Positions 24,420 through 37,904 of a DNA stretch of 64,000 nucleotides are shown one piece after another (the first letter of the stretch is position 1; every line of letters starts with the position of its first letter). The translations under genes were made by a program, and so were the position numbers. This stretch comes from Octopus sinensis (Eukaryota), in assembly GCF_006345805.1 (NCBI RefSeq), contig NC_043003.1:63736001-63800000 (forward strand). Direction: 5' to 3'. Below the pieces are notes generated by a model, which was not told where the DNA came from, searched no databases, and saw only the letters and a program-made list of their open reading frames with translations.

Positions 24420-26545
24420 ACGAAATGAAGCGGTTGGAATCTCCACATGTCCTGATTGATGATACTTTTAGTGACAGTGTCAGAATAAAAACGCTGGTAA
24501 TTTCGCAACCTGATAATCGCTACCTCATATGAGTGACAATGAAAATACAAAATATTGTGAACAACGGTGTTAATGAAACTGAAGCCCTTGATGGTGACAG
24601 TGTTGCACCCGGCAGGCTCAGAGATACTGGTCCGACTCAAGTCTGTCGTTATAAAGTAAGGGGCCAGCACACACCGCGTAGATGGAACAAACAAGACAAT
24701 GCTGTGGTCATGGAGTGTCACTACCTGAGCAACCCTGTAGACGAAAATGGTGTTCATATTAGAGGATACCGAGAACGTATGTATGATCAATGGAGAGAAA
24801 GCAGATTATTTCAACTCACGGAACAGAGGTTATGTAATCAAGCTAGAGCAATAAGAAAAATTGTTGGCTCACAGAAGTGTGAGCTTAAAAGCGAATAAAA
24901 TATAGGGCACTAAACAGGAAGTATGATACTGAAGAAAGGACCTGAAAGTAGTAATGGGGGAACCGAAACAGCGCCTCGTTGCAAAGAAAGCAAAGATGGT
25001 AAGATACGATAAAAGAATGGAGTGATACAAGCAGAATAGGTTATTCAGAGTAGATCATAAGAGATTCTACAAAGAAATAAATGGAACAGATGAAATGTTG
25101 ATACCAAAGTCAAAGGTTTTGGAGTAACATCTGGAGCAAAGACAAAGAACACAAGAAGGATGCTGAATGGTTGCGGGAACTGAAACAAACAGCAGTCTGT
25201 CCAAAACAGGCAGAACTAGTTATTTCAGTTAGGGAAGTGAAAGAAATCAGCAAAAAAATGGGCAACTGGAAGGCCCCGGCACCAGATGGAGTTCAAGGCT
25301 ACTGGATCAAAAGATTTGGTGAATTTCATGCACGAATAGCTTGCACAACTCAACACCTTGTTAAATGTCAACTAAGTAACACCAGAGTGGTAAACAATGG
25401 GTAGGACAGTGCTGTGCTTAAAAAACATCGAAAAAGGCAATACGCTAGACAATTACAGGCCGATATGTGGAAATTATTGACTGGAATAGTCGCAGAGTCA
25501 ATGTAGGGACATCTGAAAAAAAAATGGATTCCTGCCACATGAGCAGAAGGGATGCAAGCGTAAGTGCAGAGATACCAAGGATCAACTCCTGGTAGACAAA
25601 ACTGTACTTAGAGACTGCAAGAGGAGGAAAACTAACTTAGCCTTGGCATGAATCAATTATCGTAAGGCGTACGATATGATCCCACATTCTTGGATTATGG
25701 AATGTATGAACCTATTTGGTATTGCATCGAATGTTGAGAAATTGCTTGGAAAAAGTATGGTGAAGTGGAGCGGAGGACGGTACTGACAGCATATGAAAGA
25801 AGTTTAAGGACAATAGCAATCAGGAGAGGCATCTTCCAATGGGACTGCTTCTCCCCACTGATCTTTTTACTGTGCATGATACGACTAACACTGATTTTGA
25901 GGAAAGCAAAGACTGGATGTGTATTCAAAAGCCGCCAACAAAAAGTCAACCATTATTCAGGAATGACCTCAAACTTTATGGTAAAGATAAATCCCAAGTC
26001 AGTTCCCTCGTTGATACGGTGTATACATTCAGTGCTGATATCAGAATGGAGTTAGGACTGAAAAAGTGTGGTATGTTAGTATTGAAGAGAGGCAAAATCA
26101 AATGTACAGACGAGCTAGCGATAACGTCGGGGGAGGTTATGAAGCAGATAGAAGAGACGGGCCATAAGTACTTGGAGGTATTGGAAATGGAGAAAGAAGT
26201 GACTGAAAACTTTAAGGTGGAGTAGTTGCGCACACTAAGACTGATCCTTAAGTCGAAATTAAACGGACGGAATAAGATCGAAGCTATCAACATCTGGGTG
26301 GTTTCACTCCCTAGATATGAAGCAGGGATAATCGCAGGGACAATAGACGAATTAAACAGCTTAGGCAGAAAGATAATGTCGTTGCTGATTAGATATCGTG
26401 TACTCCACCCAAAAAGTGGCACAGACAGACTGTATGTACCAAGAAAAAGAGGGGGAAAAGGACTGATTGGATGCAAATACAGCATTAGAGCAGAAAAAAA
26501 CAACATAGCATGGTATGTAAAAATGCTACACAATCGCTATTATTA
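24420..26545 (+). mobile_element. R4/Dong-clade non-LTR retrotransposon, N-terminus and reverse transcriptase, multiply disabled and 3'-truncated
   Basis: Motifs VMECHYLS..RGYRERM..TEQRLCNQARAIRK; NWKAPAPDGVQGYWIK; KDQLLVDK; YRKAYDMIPHSW; RRGIFQWDCFSPL; LFRNDLKLY; LHPKSGTDRLYVPRKRGGKGL. Stops and frameshifts throughout. Confidence 0.93.
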
Positions 26546-27000
26546 GGATTTGAACTCAGAACATAAAGATGGACGGAATACCTATTTCTTTACTACCCAC
26601 AAGGGGCTAAACACAGAGAGGACAAACAAGGACAGACAAACGGATTAAGTCGATTATATCGACCCCAGTGCGTAACTGGTACTTGTTTAATCGACCCCGA
26701 AAGGATGAAAGACAAAGTCGACCTCGGCGGAATTTGAACTCAGAACGTAGCGGCAGACGAAAAACCTATTTCTTTACTACCCACAAAGGGCTAAACACAG
26801 AGGAGACAAAGAAGGACAGACAGACGGATTAAGTCGATTATATCGACCCCAGTGCGTAACTGGTACTTAATTTATCGACCCCGAAAGGATGAAAGGCAAA
26901 GTCGACCTCGGCGGAATTTGAACTCAGAACATGAAGACAGAAGAAATACCTCTAAGCATTTCGTCCGGCATGCTAACTTTTCTGCCAGCTCGCTGCCATA
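26546..27000 (-). mobile_element. SINE family A concatemer (two junctions plus full head)
   Basis: Two ~184-bp periods with the same tail-to-core junction as 4167-5125; head ends ctcgctgcc. Confidence 0.9.
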
Positions 27001-27185
27001 ACAACAACAACAATAATAATAATAATAATAATAAAAATAATGATATAATGATAGTAGTAGTAGTGGTGATGGTGGTGGTGGTTGTGGTGGTTGTGATGGT
27101 GGTGGTGGTGGTGGTGGTGGTGGTGGTGGTGGTGGTAGTAGTAGTAGTAGTAGTTGTAGAAGTAGTAGTAGTCGTCGTAGTATAC
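27000..27185. repeat. Compound AAC/AAT/GGT/AGT microsatellite
   Basis: Direct reading. Confidence 0.9.
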
Positions 27186-27734
27186 AACTAAAAAATAAAC
27201 CCAAACTAAGTGATTTTTTATATATATATAATTGAAATATCTGGCGGGTAAAAAACCAGATTAAGACTGCAAATCCTGCGATCAATCAACAATTACTATT
27301 TATGGCAGAAAAATTTCACGGTTCCGTTGCTAACCTATGCAGAAGTCTAGCTGTGTCTCGTTTTTGTGGATCAGAAATTTCTTGTCAGCGTGTGTCGACG
27401 GTGCTCTTTCTGCTCCACATTATACCAACCCTGGAATGACATTTATTTCAGACACGTCTTCAATATTTCCTCACCACCACTCTCTAAATTAATCTAATCA
27501 GTGTTACTTCCAATCACACACATGCACGCACACTCACTAACATACATACACATACACATATTATATCACCCTTCGCTCATTCATGCTTAACTTTCCGTAC
27601 AGGGGCGTCAGCCATACACAACTGTGTCAGATTCTTCACGCAAGACTTGCAGTCTTGTGAACTGAGGCAGAAAAAGATATTTCGCATTTTACATCATAGT
27701 GAACAATGTAACACGAAGACAGATTTCTAAGCGC

Positions 27735-28045
27735 AGGCGTGGCTGTGCGGTAAGATGTTTGCTTCGCAATCACATGGTTCCGGGTTCAGTCCCACTGCAT
27801 AACGCCTTGCGAATTTTTTTTTTCTATAGCTCTATGACCTACTAAAGTCTTCTGAATGAATTCGATAGACGGAAACCGAAAGAAGCTTGTCGAACATGCA
27901 TGTGTGCGTGTGTATGTGTGTGTGTATGTGTGTGTGTGTGTGTGTTTCTTCGTTGCCCCACCGCTTGACAACCGGTATTGGTCTGTTTACGTTCTCGTAA
28001 CTTAACGGTTCGGCAAAAGTGACCTGTAGAATAAGTTGATGTTTG
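27735..28045 (+). mobile_element. SINE family B, right arm interrupted by family C
   Basis: Head gcgcaggcgtggctgtgcggtaag..gggttcagtcccactg; internal TG tract. Confidence 0.8.
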
Positions 28046-28325
28046 TTCCTTCTCAAGCCATGACTGGCGTATAGGACCGGTTTCCCGGTTTCCTTGCAGC
28101 ATAAGATTCCCACCTGGACGGGACGCCGTTCCGTCGCAGGTGAGCTGCAAGATGCAGGAGGAAAGAGTGCGAGAAAGTTGTGACGAAAGAATCAGCAGAA
28201 GTTCGCCATTACCTTCTGCCGGAGCCGCGTGGAGCTTAGGTGTTTCGCTCATAAACACATACATCGCTCGGTCTGAGACTTGAACCCGCGAGTCCGCTGC
28301 TCTAACCACTAGGCCATGTGCCTCC
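28046..28325 (-). mobile_element. SINE family C copy nested in family B
   Basis: Reverse complement of 3181-3474; the two ORF translations are homologous. Confidence 0.8.
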
Positions 28326-28554
28326 GGAGATTAAGTACCAGGCTTTAAAACAAGTTCTGGGCGCGATTCATTCGACTAAAATACCTTCAAGGCGGTGCCA
28401 TGACACGGCTGCAGTCCAATGACTGAAATAAGTAAAACGTGAAAAAACTATAAATGATGATTGCTAATTGAGAACCAAGGAAAAAAATCAACCAGACTCG
28501 AAAACATCTCTAAAATATGCTGTATAAATTCACATATTCCTTTTTTAAAATTCT

Positions 28555-28968
28555 TTTACTTGTTTCAGTCATTTGACTGCGGCCATGCTAGATCACCATC
28601 TTTTGTCGAAGAAATCGATTCCAGGACTTATTATTTGTAAGTCTAGTATTTATTCTATCGGTTCCCTTTTGCCGAACTGCTAAGTTACGGGGACGTAAAT
28701 ACACCAACATCGGTTGTCAAGTGATTGTGGGAGGCAAACACACACACAACACAGATATACACACACACACATATATACATACATAGACACACACATATAC
28801 ATAATGGGCTTCTTTCAGTTTCCGTCTACCAAATCCACTCACAAAGCTTTGGTCGGCCCGAGGCTATAGTAAAAGACAGTTGGCCAAAGTGCCACGAAGT
28901 GGGACTGAACCCGGAACCATGTAGTTGGGAAGCTACTTTCTTACCACACAGCCACGCCTGCGCCTATA
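28555..28968 (-). mobile_element. SINE family B, full-length
   Basis: Both arms, an internal CA tract and the head (ccacacagccacgcctgcgcc) are present. Confidence 0.85.
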
Positions 28969-29302
28969 TGTCACAGCACATTTCATGTAAATTGGAGGTT
29001 GAAGCAAATAATGTAAGGATTCTGTCAACCAACCAACCAACCAACCAACCAACCAAATCCATCTATCTCTCCAATATTGACAGGATACCAGTAATTATGA
29101 AGGAGTTCAAATCCTTCCCAACTCAACTTTGTCTACCGAGTTTCCGTAGGTGATTAAATAAAATACCTGTCATGCTCTACAGTTGATGCAATTTGCTAAC
29201 ACCTTGTCGCCCAGAAGTTACTGGCCATTTTCATAGCTTAGAAATATATATTTTAATAATAGTCTATGCTGCATAGCAGGACACACAGACATTCTGGTGT
29301 TA

Positions 29303-29335
<33 letters not shown>

Positions 29336-29336
29336 A

Positions 29337-29567
29337 CAAGGGGGTTCTGAAAAGTTTGGGGCTTTGGGTAAAAGAAAATACATGAGGATCAGTTAATTAT
29401 GATTTTATTCAACATAATCCCATCTCAGATTCATACACTTGTTGCAGTAATCCTTCAGTTTTTGTAAGCCCTGTAACAGAACGACCAGGCCTTTTACGAC
29501 ACCCTTAAAGCTAGACATCAAGCCTTCCACGATACCCTTGAAGCCAGGAACTTTTCAGCACCCCTCG
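29337..29567. mobile_element. Tc1/mariner-type MITE
   Basis: TIRs caagggggttctgaaaagtt / aacttttcagcacccctcg followed by TA. Confidence 0.7.
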
Positions 29568-29789
29568 TAAAAACACACGCACACACACACACCACACACA
29601 CACATGAAAAAAGACTGGAAAGTTCCGTTCATTTTTAATACCATACCAGACTCGTTTCATTGCAGTGTAGAAAATGCATTATGAATATAAATATAATTTT
29701 AATAACAGTAATATTATAAATATATCAAATACATAATATGTATATATATACATGTGTGTGTGTATGTGTGTGTGTGCGTATGTGTGTGT

Positions 29790-29995
29790 GACCGCGTGTG
29801 TATCGTTGGCGATTTTTTTCCTCCGTCTTCCCATCCTTGGATCTTTCCTTTTTGTATGTTTCTGACAAAGAGCTCCGCTCGAAACGTTAAGTCTTCCTTC
29901 TTTCTTTCCTTTCTTGAGCATTTGAGCATTCCAATAACACTATACTTGTTCCACGCCCTCGCGTTGTGTTTTCTCTTTGTGTTTTAATGTTTGGA
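29790..29995 (+). mobile_element. Penelope-like pLTR fragment with a degenerate hammerhead (29858-29892)
   Basis: gttt-CTGACAA-A-GAGC-tcc-GCTC-GAAACGTT-aagt. Confidence 0.5.
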
Positions 29996-30012
29996 TTAAC
30001 TTTATATATATT

Positions 30013-30102
<90 letters not shown>

Positions 30103-30164
30103 CATGCATACATACATACATACACACATACATACACACACACACATATAAATATATATTGTTG

Positions 30165-30335
30165 AAATTTAGAGAAAAACAAAAGACGAAGACGGGTGTA
30201 TAAGCAACAAGCAGGTGTATTAGTTTCACGCTCGGGAAGGTGAGAAAGTATTTTACGTTTCGAGCCTACGCTCTTCAACAGAAAGGAGCACGAGAAAATA
30301 AGCAGAGATAGAATAAAAAACTTGGAGTTAGCGGT
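30165..30335 (-). mobile_element. Penelope-like pLTR fragment of the 11.5/40.3-kb family
   Basis: Minus strand ctttCTGTTGAAGAGCGTAGGCTCGAAACGTAaaat and downstream cccgtcttcgtcttttg match the family. Confidence 0.65.
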
Positions 30336-30638
30336 CAATATATGTATGTATGTGTGTAGTATGTTTGTGTGTCTGCGTTTGTCCCCCACCATCGCTTGAC
30401 AACCGATGCTAGTGTGTTTACGTCCCCGTAACCTAGTTATTCGGTAAAAGAGATCGATATAATAAGTACTAGGCTTACTAAAAATAAGTTTTGGGGTCGA
30501 TTTGCTCGACTACAGGTGTAGTCAAATAATTGAAACAAATAAAAGAGTAAAAGAGTATGTATGTGTGTGTAAAACACGTACAGGATCACATATACGTAAT
30601 TCTTGAGATTGGAACATAGAAATGTGCTTCCTGACGTA

Positions 30639-30678
<40 letters not shown>

Positions 30679-30719
30679 CACCTTCCACGCTGCAATTGTA
30701 TATATATATATATATATAT

Positions 30720-31017
30720 ATGGAGCAAAAAAGCAATAGAGGACAATAAAACATTCGGACAGATAGACGATGCAAAGGTGGACAGGAGAAACAGCAATTA
30801 GGACAGGGGAAAAAGACGAGTCATTCATAGCCTTCTTTCCTCAGTCAAGTTACCAGAAGTCCATACTGTTTCGGGCAGGCCAAAATAGTAAGGACTTCTG
30901 GTAACTTGACTGGGGAAAGAAGGCCTGTCTTTCTAATTATTTCTCCTGTCTGCCTTTGTATCTTCTATCTGTCCGAATGCTTTATTGTCCTCTATTGCGT
31001 TTTTTGTTCCATTTTTT
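30720..31017. repeat. ~300-bp fold-back (inverted repeat)
   Basis: Inner 33-bp arms 30830-30862 / 30892-30924 (1 mismatch); outer arms ~30720-30805 / ~30925-31015 imperfect. Confidence 0.85.
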
Positions 31018-31106
31018 ATATTTATATATACATATAGCGACGTACGTACACGCTTGTACCCATCTCATAGTAACTATATATATATAGTAACTATATATAT
31101 AGTAAC

Positions 31107-31140
<34 letters not shown>

Positions 31141-31157
31141 TATATATATATAATATA

Positions 31158-31251
31158 TATTGACGTCCAGTTTGAAATAAGATGAATAGAAGAATTTCTA
31201 ATTTATGGTATCTTTTTTTTTATTCTTTTTATTTCAAACTGGACGTCAATA
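31158..31251. mobile_element. Mini-MITE with perfect 23-bp TIRs
   Basis: tattgacgtccagtttgaaataa / ttatttcaaactggacgtcaata. Confidence 0.65.
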
Positions 31252-32644
31252 ACTTTATCTTATCTGGCCAATATGTCAAGTTGACAGTTGAACCTTACAG
31301 TTTTCATTCCGTTCACATCTCGTTGTCTTCTTCCCTCCTTTCACAACATTGAAGCTTACAAACCGCCAACACTATTAACAGATATTTTATCACTTCGTCT
31401 TCTTCCTCTCTTCCTGTCGTATTGTCAGTCAAGCGGCTCTCTATTACCCACCACACCTCTCTCTCTTTTTCTCTGTCTTTCTATGTATCTATCAATCTCT
31501 CCTTCCCATACTTCTTTGTCACTTTCTGTTCTTTTCTTTTCTTCCTACCTTTATTTCTAGCTTCCCTATTGTAAGACTTTGCTCCAATACGTTGACATTG
31601 CTGAGAATCTCCTTTCAACATCCAGACGTTCACACACACTCTCGCTCTCTCAGTTTTCCTTTTCCTTCTCTCTCTCTCTCTCTCTCTCTCTCCCTCCCTC
31701 CCTCTTTCTTATTACGCTTTATTGTCCCTCATAAATATTTCACACTCCCTCGTCCACATTTAGCACTCTTTCTCCCGCTCCTCTTATTTATTTATTTATT
31801 TATTTATTTTCGTCTATTTCTGTCGATCTATATTTTTATCTTCCTCCCCTTGTCGATACCTGCAGCTCCCCTCCGTTTCCCCCTGTCTCTCTCTCTCTCT
31901 CTACCTCCTTCCTCCATCTTCCTCCCCCTTTCATTCCGTCTCCCTCTCCCCCTCCTCTCCCTCAAGCCTCTCTCTCTCTCTCTCTTCAGCCGTTCTAGCC
32001 AATACGATACAATGTTGTACGCAGTTTTCCATATCACCCAGATGGTGATGATAAAGTCAACAGGTTCTGACAAGCCAATTTGTTTTAGTCTAATTTTATC
32101 CGTATTCAGTTTCCTTCATAAAAGGCAGCAGAATGTTGCAGGGAAATTCTATGACCCCTAAAAACGTTTATTATCACCTACTTTCTCCGACTTAATCATC
32201 ATTTCCCATCTGCAAAGGGTTGAAGGAACTGAAGATAGATGGAAGTAAATGATTTAATATAAACCTCTGAATTTTTTTTTTTTTATTTCTTCCCAACAGA
32301 CAGACATCCAGGCTGTTATCATGTAACACAATACATATCAAGCCTCTTCGTTTTACTACAATCTGATGGACATTAGATTTTCTTGAGCTTAAACATTATT
32401 CAACTCTGGGCTATCAATAATCAGAGATAGAGCGATACGCGTGCGTATTCATAGAGAGAGAGAGAGAGAGAAAGAGAAAGAGGGGGAGGGGAAGAAAGGG
32501 AGACAGAGGGACTTAGACAGAAAGAGAGAGTGAGAGAGAGAGAGAGAGAGAGAGAAAGATGATGAGGAAGGTAAAGGATAAGAGAAACAGATGAACCAGG
32601 TCTTTATAAATACAACGCTAGAATTTTCTTTCTTATAGGTGTTT

Positions 32645-32870
32645 GAGAGCGCGTAGCCTAGTGGTCAGCGTGCCATAATCGCGATTGCATGGTCGTACGT
32701 TCGATCCTTGACCGGGTGGTGCGATTATTTTATTTATTTTTGTGTGGTGGGGTGGGGCGTAAAACACTTCATTTCACGTTGCTATGCGATCACTTCGACA
32801 TATGATGTGTGACACATCGTGCACCTACCTGTATACGTAATATCGATTTGATGGAGATAGACTACCATTA
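32645..32870 (+). mobile_element. tRNA-headed SINE, diverged
   Basis: A box tagcctagtggt, B box gttcgatcc, followed by aaacacttcatttcacgttgct similar to 10545-10765. Confidence 0.55.
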
Positions 32871-33419
32871 AAGATAATAGGTTATAAGTTAAGGAAAAAT
32901 TGAAATATAAACCCTAACAATAATAGAGAACACAGTTTCGGAAAAGATACAGCATGGGCGCAGGCACAACCGTCTAGTTAAGAAGCTTGCTCTGTTACCA
33001 CGTGGTTTCGAGGCGAGTGGGGACTTTGGGACAATGTCTGGATCTTTGTGGTTTTCGTCACTGTTTACAGTTATCTTTAAAAAAAAAAAATTTATGTATC
33101 ATATAGATGTAATTGTTGATGCTGAATCCGAATTTGTTATTCATTTATTTCAGAAAAATTTTGCAAAAATGTTACAGATGTTCAAAGTTTTATCATTTTC
33201 AGAATTTTCAGCCAATCAGAAAACAGCGCGTTCGCTGCTTCTTCTATCATCAGGAATGGCGGAAGCATCAGCATATCAAGACGTTAAACTGGCTACACGA
33301 ACAAATTAAATATTTAAAAGCTACGATCCAACAAACCAACAGTAGCAACGTAATTTTAGTCAATCGGCTGCTACTATTGCTAAGCATACCGGAAGTCGTG
33401 ACTATTTGCCCGCATAGGA

Positions 33420-33465
<46 letters not shown>

Positions 33466-34017
33466 AATATTTAAGTAGTTTCTTAACTGACCAGTAACAG
33501 AAGCCAAATCTTCCTAAAATTACACCCTTTTTGAATAGAAAAAACAAGAATAAGGAAAACTGTCATTGAACGATATAGTCTTGATTACTGTCTATAAAAA
33601 CGACATGACGGGCATGCCTTTAATAAGTCTATTCGATCATTTCTGACCTGGGGCTAAATAACCTGACATAATAGAACTAAAGTCTTTTCATTGCGACTTC
33701 TTGTTATTTCCACAGTAAAAAGAAAATCTACAATTTTTACACATATTTGCTATTTTCCTCAAACATAATATATCAGCTGTATATCTTCCGTAGAGATATT
33801 AATGCAGAACAGGTTTATATGGAAAAATACAGACCATTGACAATGCTTGTAAACCGATCGAAATTGCATGACACATACTTTGACAAGTTCGCACATTATT
33901 TATTAGTTTTCTGTTGCCAGAATGTATTGCCCGGAGAGAATAGGAATACATAAAGACATTTCCAGCGAGCTTTAAGGAAGCTCTTTCACACAAATTACGT
34001 ATGTACAAACGCACACG

Positions 34018-34069
<52 letters not shown>

Positions 34070-34249
34070 CATGCACACGCACATACTACCTACATACATA
34101 CATATGTACATACATATTTACGTGACCTTGTGGATAGAAGAATGTTGGTTCAATTGCTGGACTGGTTAGTGCGTTGTATCGGAGGAAAAATCTTCATTTC
34201 ATAATGATGTCGTTTACTGAGCTGAAAATGAGTGCCAGCTAAATAATCA

Positions 34250-34367
34250 AGTCTCTCTCTTCTCTCTCTCTCTCTCTCTCTCTTCTCTCTTCTCTCTCTT
34301 CTCTCTATCTATCGTCTATCTCTCTCTCTATCTCTCTCTGTCTATCTATCTGTCTGTCTATGGTCTG

Positions 34368-34432
<65 letters not shown>

Positions 34433-34548
34433 TTACCTATCTACTTACCTCTGTCTCCTGTTGCTACATCTAAGTTTTACCAGGTGATGGTGGTAGCGCT
34501 GGCGGCGGCGGCGGTGGTGGTGGTGGTGGTGGTGGTGGTAGTGGTGGT

Positions 34549-34594
<46 letters not shown>

Positions 34595-34715
34595 GTGGTG
34601 GTGTTGGTGGTGACGGCGGTGGTGGCAGCGGCAACGGTGCTGGTGGTGACAATGGAGGTAATGTTGGTGATGATAATGGTGGTGGTGGTGGTGGTGGTGG
34701 TGGTGGTGGTGGTAG
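34250..34715. repeat. (CT)n/(CTAT)n followed by (GGT/GGC)n microsatellites
   Basis: Direct reading; source of the poly-H/P/T/V ORFs. Confidence 0.92.
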
Positions 34716-35080
34716 GGTGGGGTGAATTCCATAGGCACCTAAAAAAAAAGAAGAAAACACGATACAAGCTACTAGTCGTCTCGCAAGTGACGGCTAAGTT
34801 ACTCTATAATAACATAAACCCTGAGAATGTAACAGAGGGTGAAGCTTATTCTTTAAGAAACAATCATAAGAAGCCAAGATACCCGCAAGGATTTTGCTGT
34901 TCTGAAATGTCCAAGCCACTTCCTTTAATTGTAAAACCAGTCAAATGTTGTCTAAATGACTGCTTTCCGATTAAGCTGTAATTAAAATACATACATACTC
35001 ACATACATACATACATACATACATACATACATACATACATACATACATACATGTACGTATATATGTATATTCTTGTTTCG

Positions 35081-35125
<45 letters not shown>

Positions 35126-36147
35126 TGTGTGTGTATATGAATGCGTGTGTGTATGTGCATGTGTGTATGTGCATGTGTGTGTGTGTGTCTTTGTGAGTAT
35201 GTTTGTGCCCCGTCACCGCTTGACAACCGGTGTTGGTGTCTTTACGTCCCTGTAACGTAAGCGGTTCGGCAACAGAGACGAATAGAATAAGTTCCAAGCT
35301 TAATAAAAAAAATAGCTACTGGGGGTCGATTTCTTCGACTAAAAATTCTTCCAGGCGGTACCACAGCATGGTCGCAGTCAAGTGACTGAAACAAGTAAAT
35401 GATAAAGGATTTTAAAAATAACAAAAAAAAAGAATCTAGAACCTTTTTTTTTTTTGTCTTTTTGGTATTATTTATTTGCCATTCCACATGTTTCACTTCT
35501 AGGAATTACAAAGTAGCACATAGTGGATAAACATGTGAAGAATTTTCTTTTAGAAATTATTCAGGCAGGGAATCGAATAATACAAAATTTACACTTGAAC
35601 GAAGCGTTTAATATTTTTGCTCACTATGTATATAATATGAATAAATAATACCAAAAGAATTTTCCAGAGTCATGTTTTTGTTTTTTTTTTCAAATCAGTT
35701 TCAGCTCAAAGCTGCGACTATGTTTACAAAGAATCAGTCCTGGGGTCGATTCACTCGACTAAAGGTGTTGCTCCAGCATGGCTGCAGTCAAATGACTGAA
35801 ACAAGGAAAAAAGAAAAGAATATGTGTGTGTGTATGCATGTATATATATATATATAATATTATATTATATATATATGTATGTATGTATGTGTGTGTGTGT
35901 GTGTGTGGTGTGGTGTGTGTGTGTAAAAAAAGTTAAGGTAGAAAATGCTAAAATAATTTTATAAAAAACATTCGGTTTCATACATTGAGACTTTTTTCAA
36001 CTGTAAGTATGGAAAACAATTAAATTTGGGAAAAATTAAAAGAAAAGTTTTTTAGAAGAATACAAGGGGCATTTTCCTTGTTTCTGCTTGTCTCTGTCTC
36101 TCTTGTTTATTCTTTTGGGTTCGAGGTCGTAGTGAATTCTAGGCAGG

Positions 36148-36280
36148 CAAGAAGAAGAAGAAGAAGAAGAAGAAGAAGAAGAAGAAGAAGAAGAAGAAGA
36201 AGAAGAAGAAGAAGAAGAAGAAGAAGAAGAAGAAGAAGAAGGACGAGGAGGAGGTGAGGAAGAAGAAGAGAAGAAAAAAA
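36148..36280. repeat. (GAA)n microsatellite
   Basis: About 30 perfect GAA units followed by degenerate ones. Confidence 0.95.
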
Positions 36281-36672
36281 ATATATATATATATATATAT
36301 GTTAAAAAACAGCAAAAATATCACGTTCCCGTTCGTCGGAAAACGACCGATAGAATCAGTACTAAGCTTACAATGAATAAGTCCTGGGGTCGATTTCTTC
36401 GACTAAAACCCTTTAAGGCGGTGCTCCAGCATGGCCACAGTCAAATACGTGAAGCAAGTAAAAGAATAAAAGAATAAAAGAATATAGTACAACTACTGCG
36501 CTGATCTCTTAGAGAGATTTCAGAACAAAATGTTTACTTGTTGCAAAATCAGGGACTGTGTGTTCGCATGAAATATATATATATATATATTATATATATA
36601 TATATGTGGTTCTTGTGTCGTCTCTGTGGTGTTTCATGTTCTTGTCATGTCTGTAATTATTTTTACTGTTTA

Positions 36673-36721
<49 letters not shown>

Positions 36722-37862
36722 CGCATGCAATATATATATATAGATATATATATATATCCGAAGCACTATATATATATATATTATATATATATATTATATA
36801 TATATATATTATATATATATTGCGTGCGGAAGCGAACTGCTATCATCTCTAGCAGACGCTGTGCCCAGTACTGAGTAGCGGCAGAAATAGTCCGAAACCA
36901 GGACTGCTCTACTTGTCCCGTCGCTAGAAGATGGTGGGGGCTCACTCCCCTACTCACAATTTTATCAGATGCAGCCGTGCATCGTTAACCAGCTAGAGGA
37001 GATGTCCTCTTGGGGTTAAAAAATTGCAGTAGAGTCCGCTCGAACGGACAGCCATGTTAAAATGGCTACGAATATTACTTGTCAGTATCAACTATTGCGT
37101 TGATCTCTTAGAGAGACTTTTAGAACTAACGTTTTTCCGTATTAATATAAGAATATCTATTTATATATAGTTACGTAGTAGGTATCCGATTCACAAAACA
37201 GATCTGGGTCCCACTGCTGTCGATTACCTGAGATATTTTAAGGAGCTTATCACCACTCATAAACTTCATTAATGCTGACGCCACCCCTAAATGTTTAATT
37301 TTTCCAAAACACAACTCATATAACCTCGTATATGTAAGTGTTAAACCGCCACTTAATTCGTTAATATTCAAGCTTCCCAACTCCACGCAGGCGTCCGTAT
37401 ATTTAAAAGTTCTACCGCGTATTACAGCTTTTAAATATACATAAATTAACTGACATATAGTAAAGCTAAAAATAATTTAATTGGGAAATTAGTTAGGTTA
37501 TTTTTTACTTTTTTAATTTTTTCTTTTTTTTTTTTGCTTTCATTAATTTGACATGCGTTTAATTTCCGTGCTATTAGTTACTATAATCATGATATTTCAC
37601 TTAGAAAACTAGTGTGTTACTTAAGCCTGATATAATTCACTCACTTATAAGTATCTTTAGAAGACATTAATAAAAAGATTAGGAAATAAGAGTAGGTATT
37701 ATACGTGACTAAAATATTCGACCGCCATTAAATTAAATTATTTGACTATTGTATGAAGCAAAGTCTCAGCTAACAATCTCGGCTCTCGCTCCTTCGCTCT
37801 GTCTGTCTGTCTCTGTCTGTCCCCCCCTTCTCTCTCTCTCTCTCTTCCCACCTCTCTCTCCC

Positions 37863-37904
<42 letters not shown>

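Noticed and set aside
36865-36905. CTGAGTAG...CGAAAC as a hammerhead
   Set aside because: The core deviates, there is no stem II pairing, and GAAAC sits in a separate AGTCC/GGACT hairpin loop.
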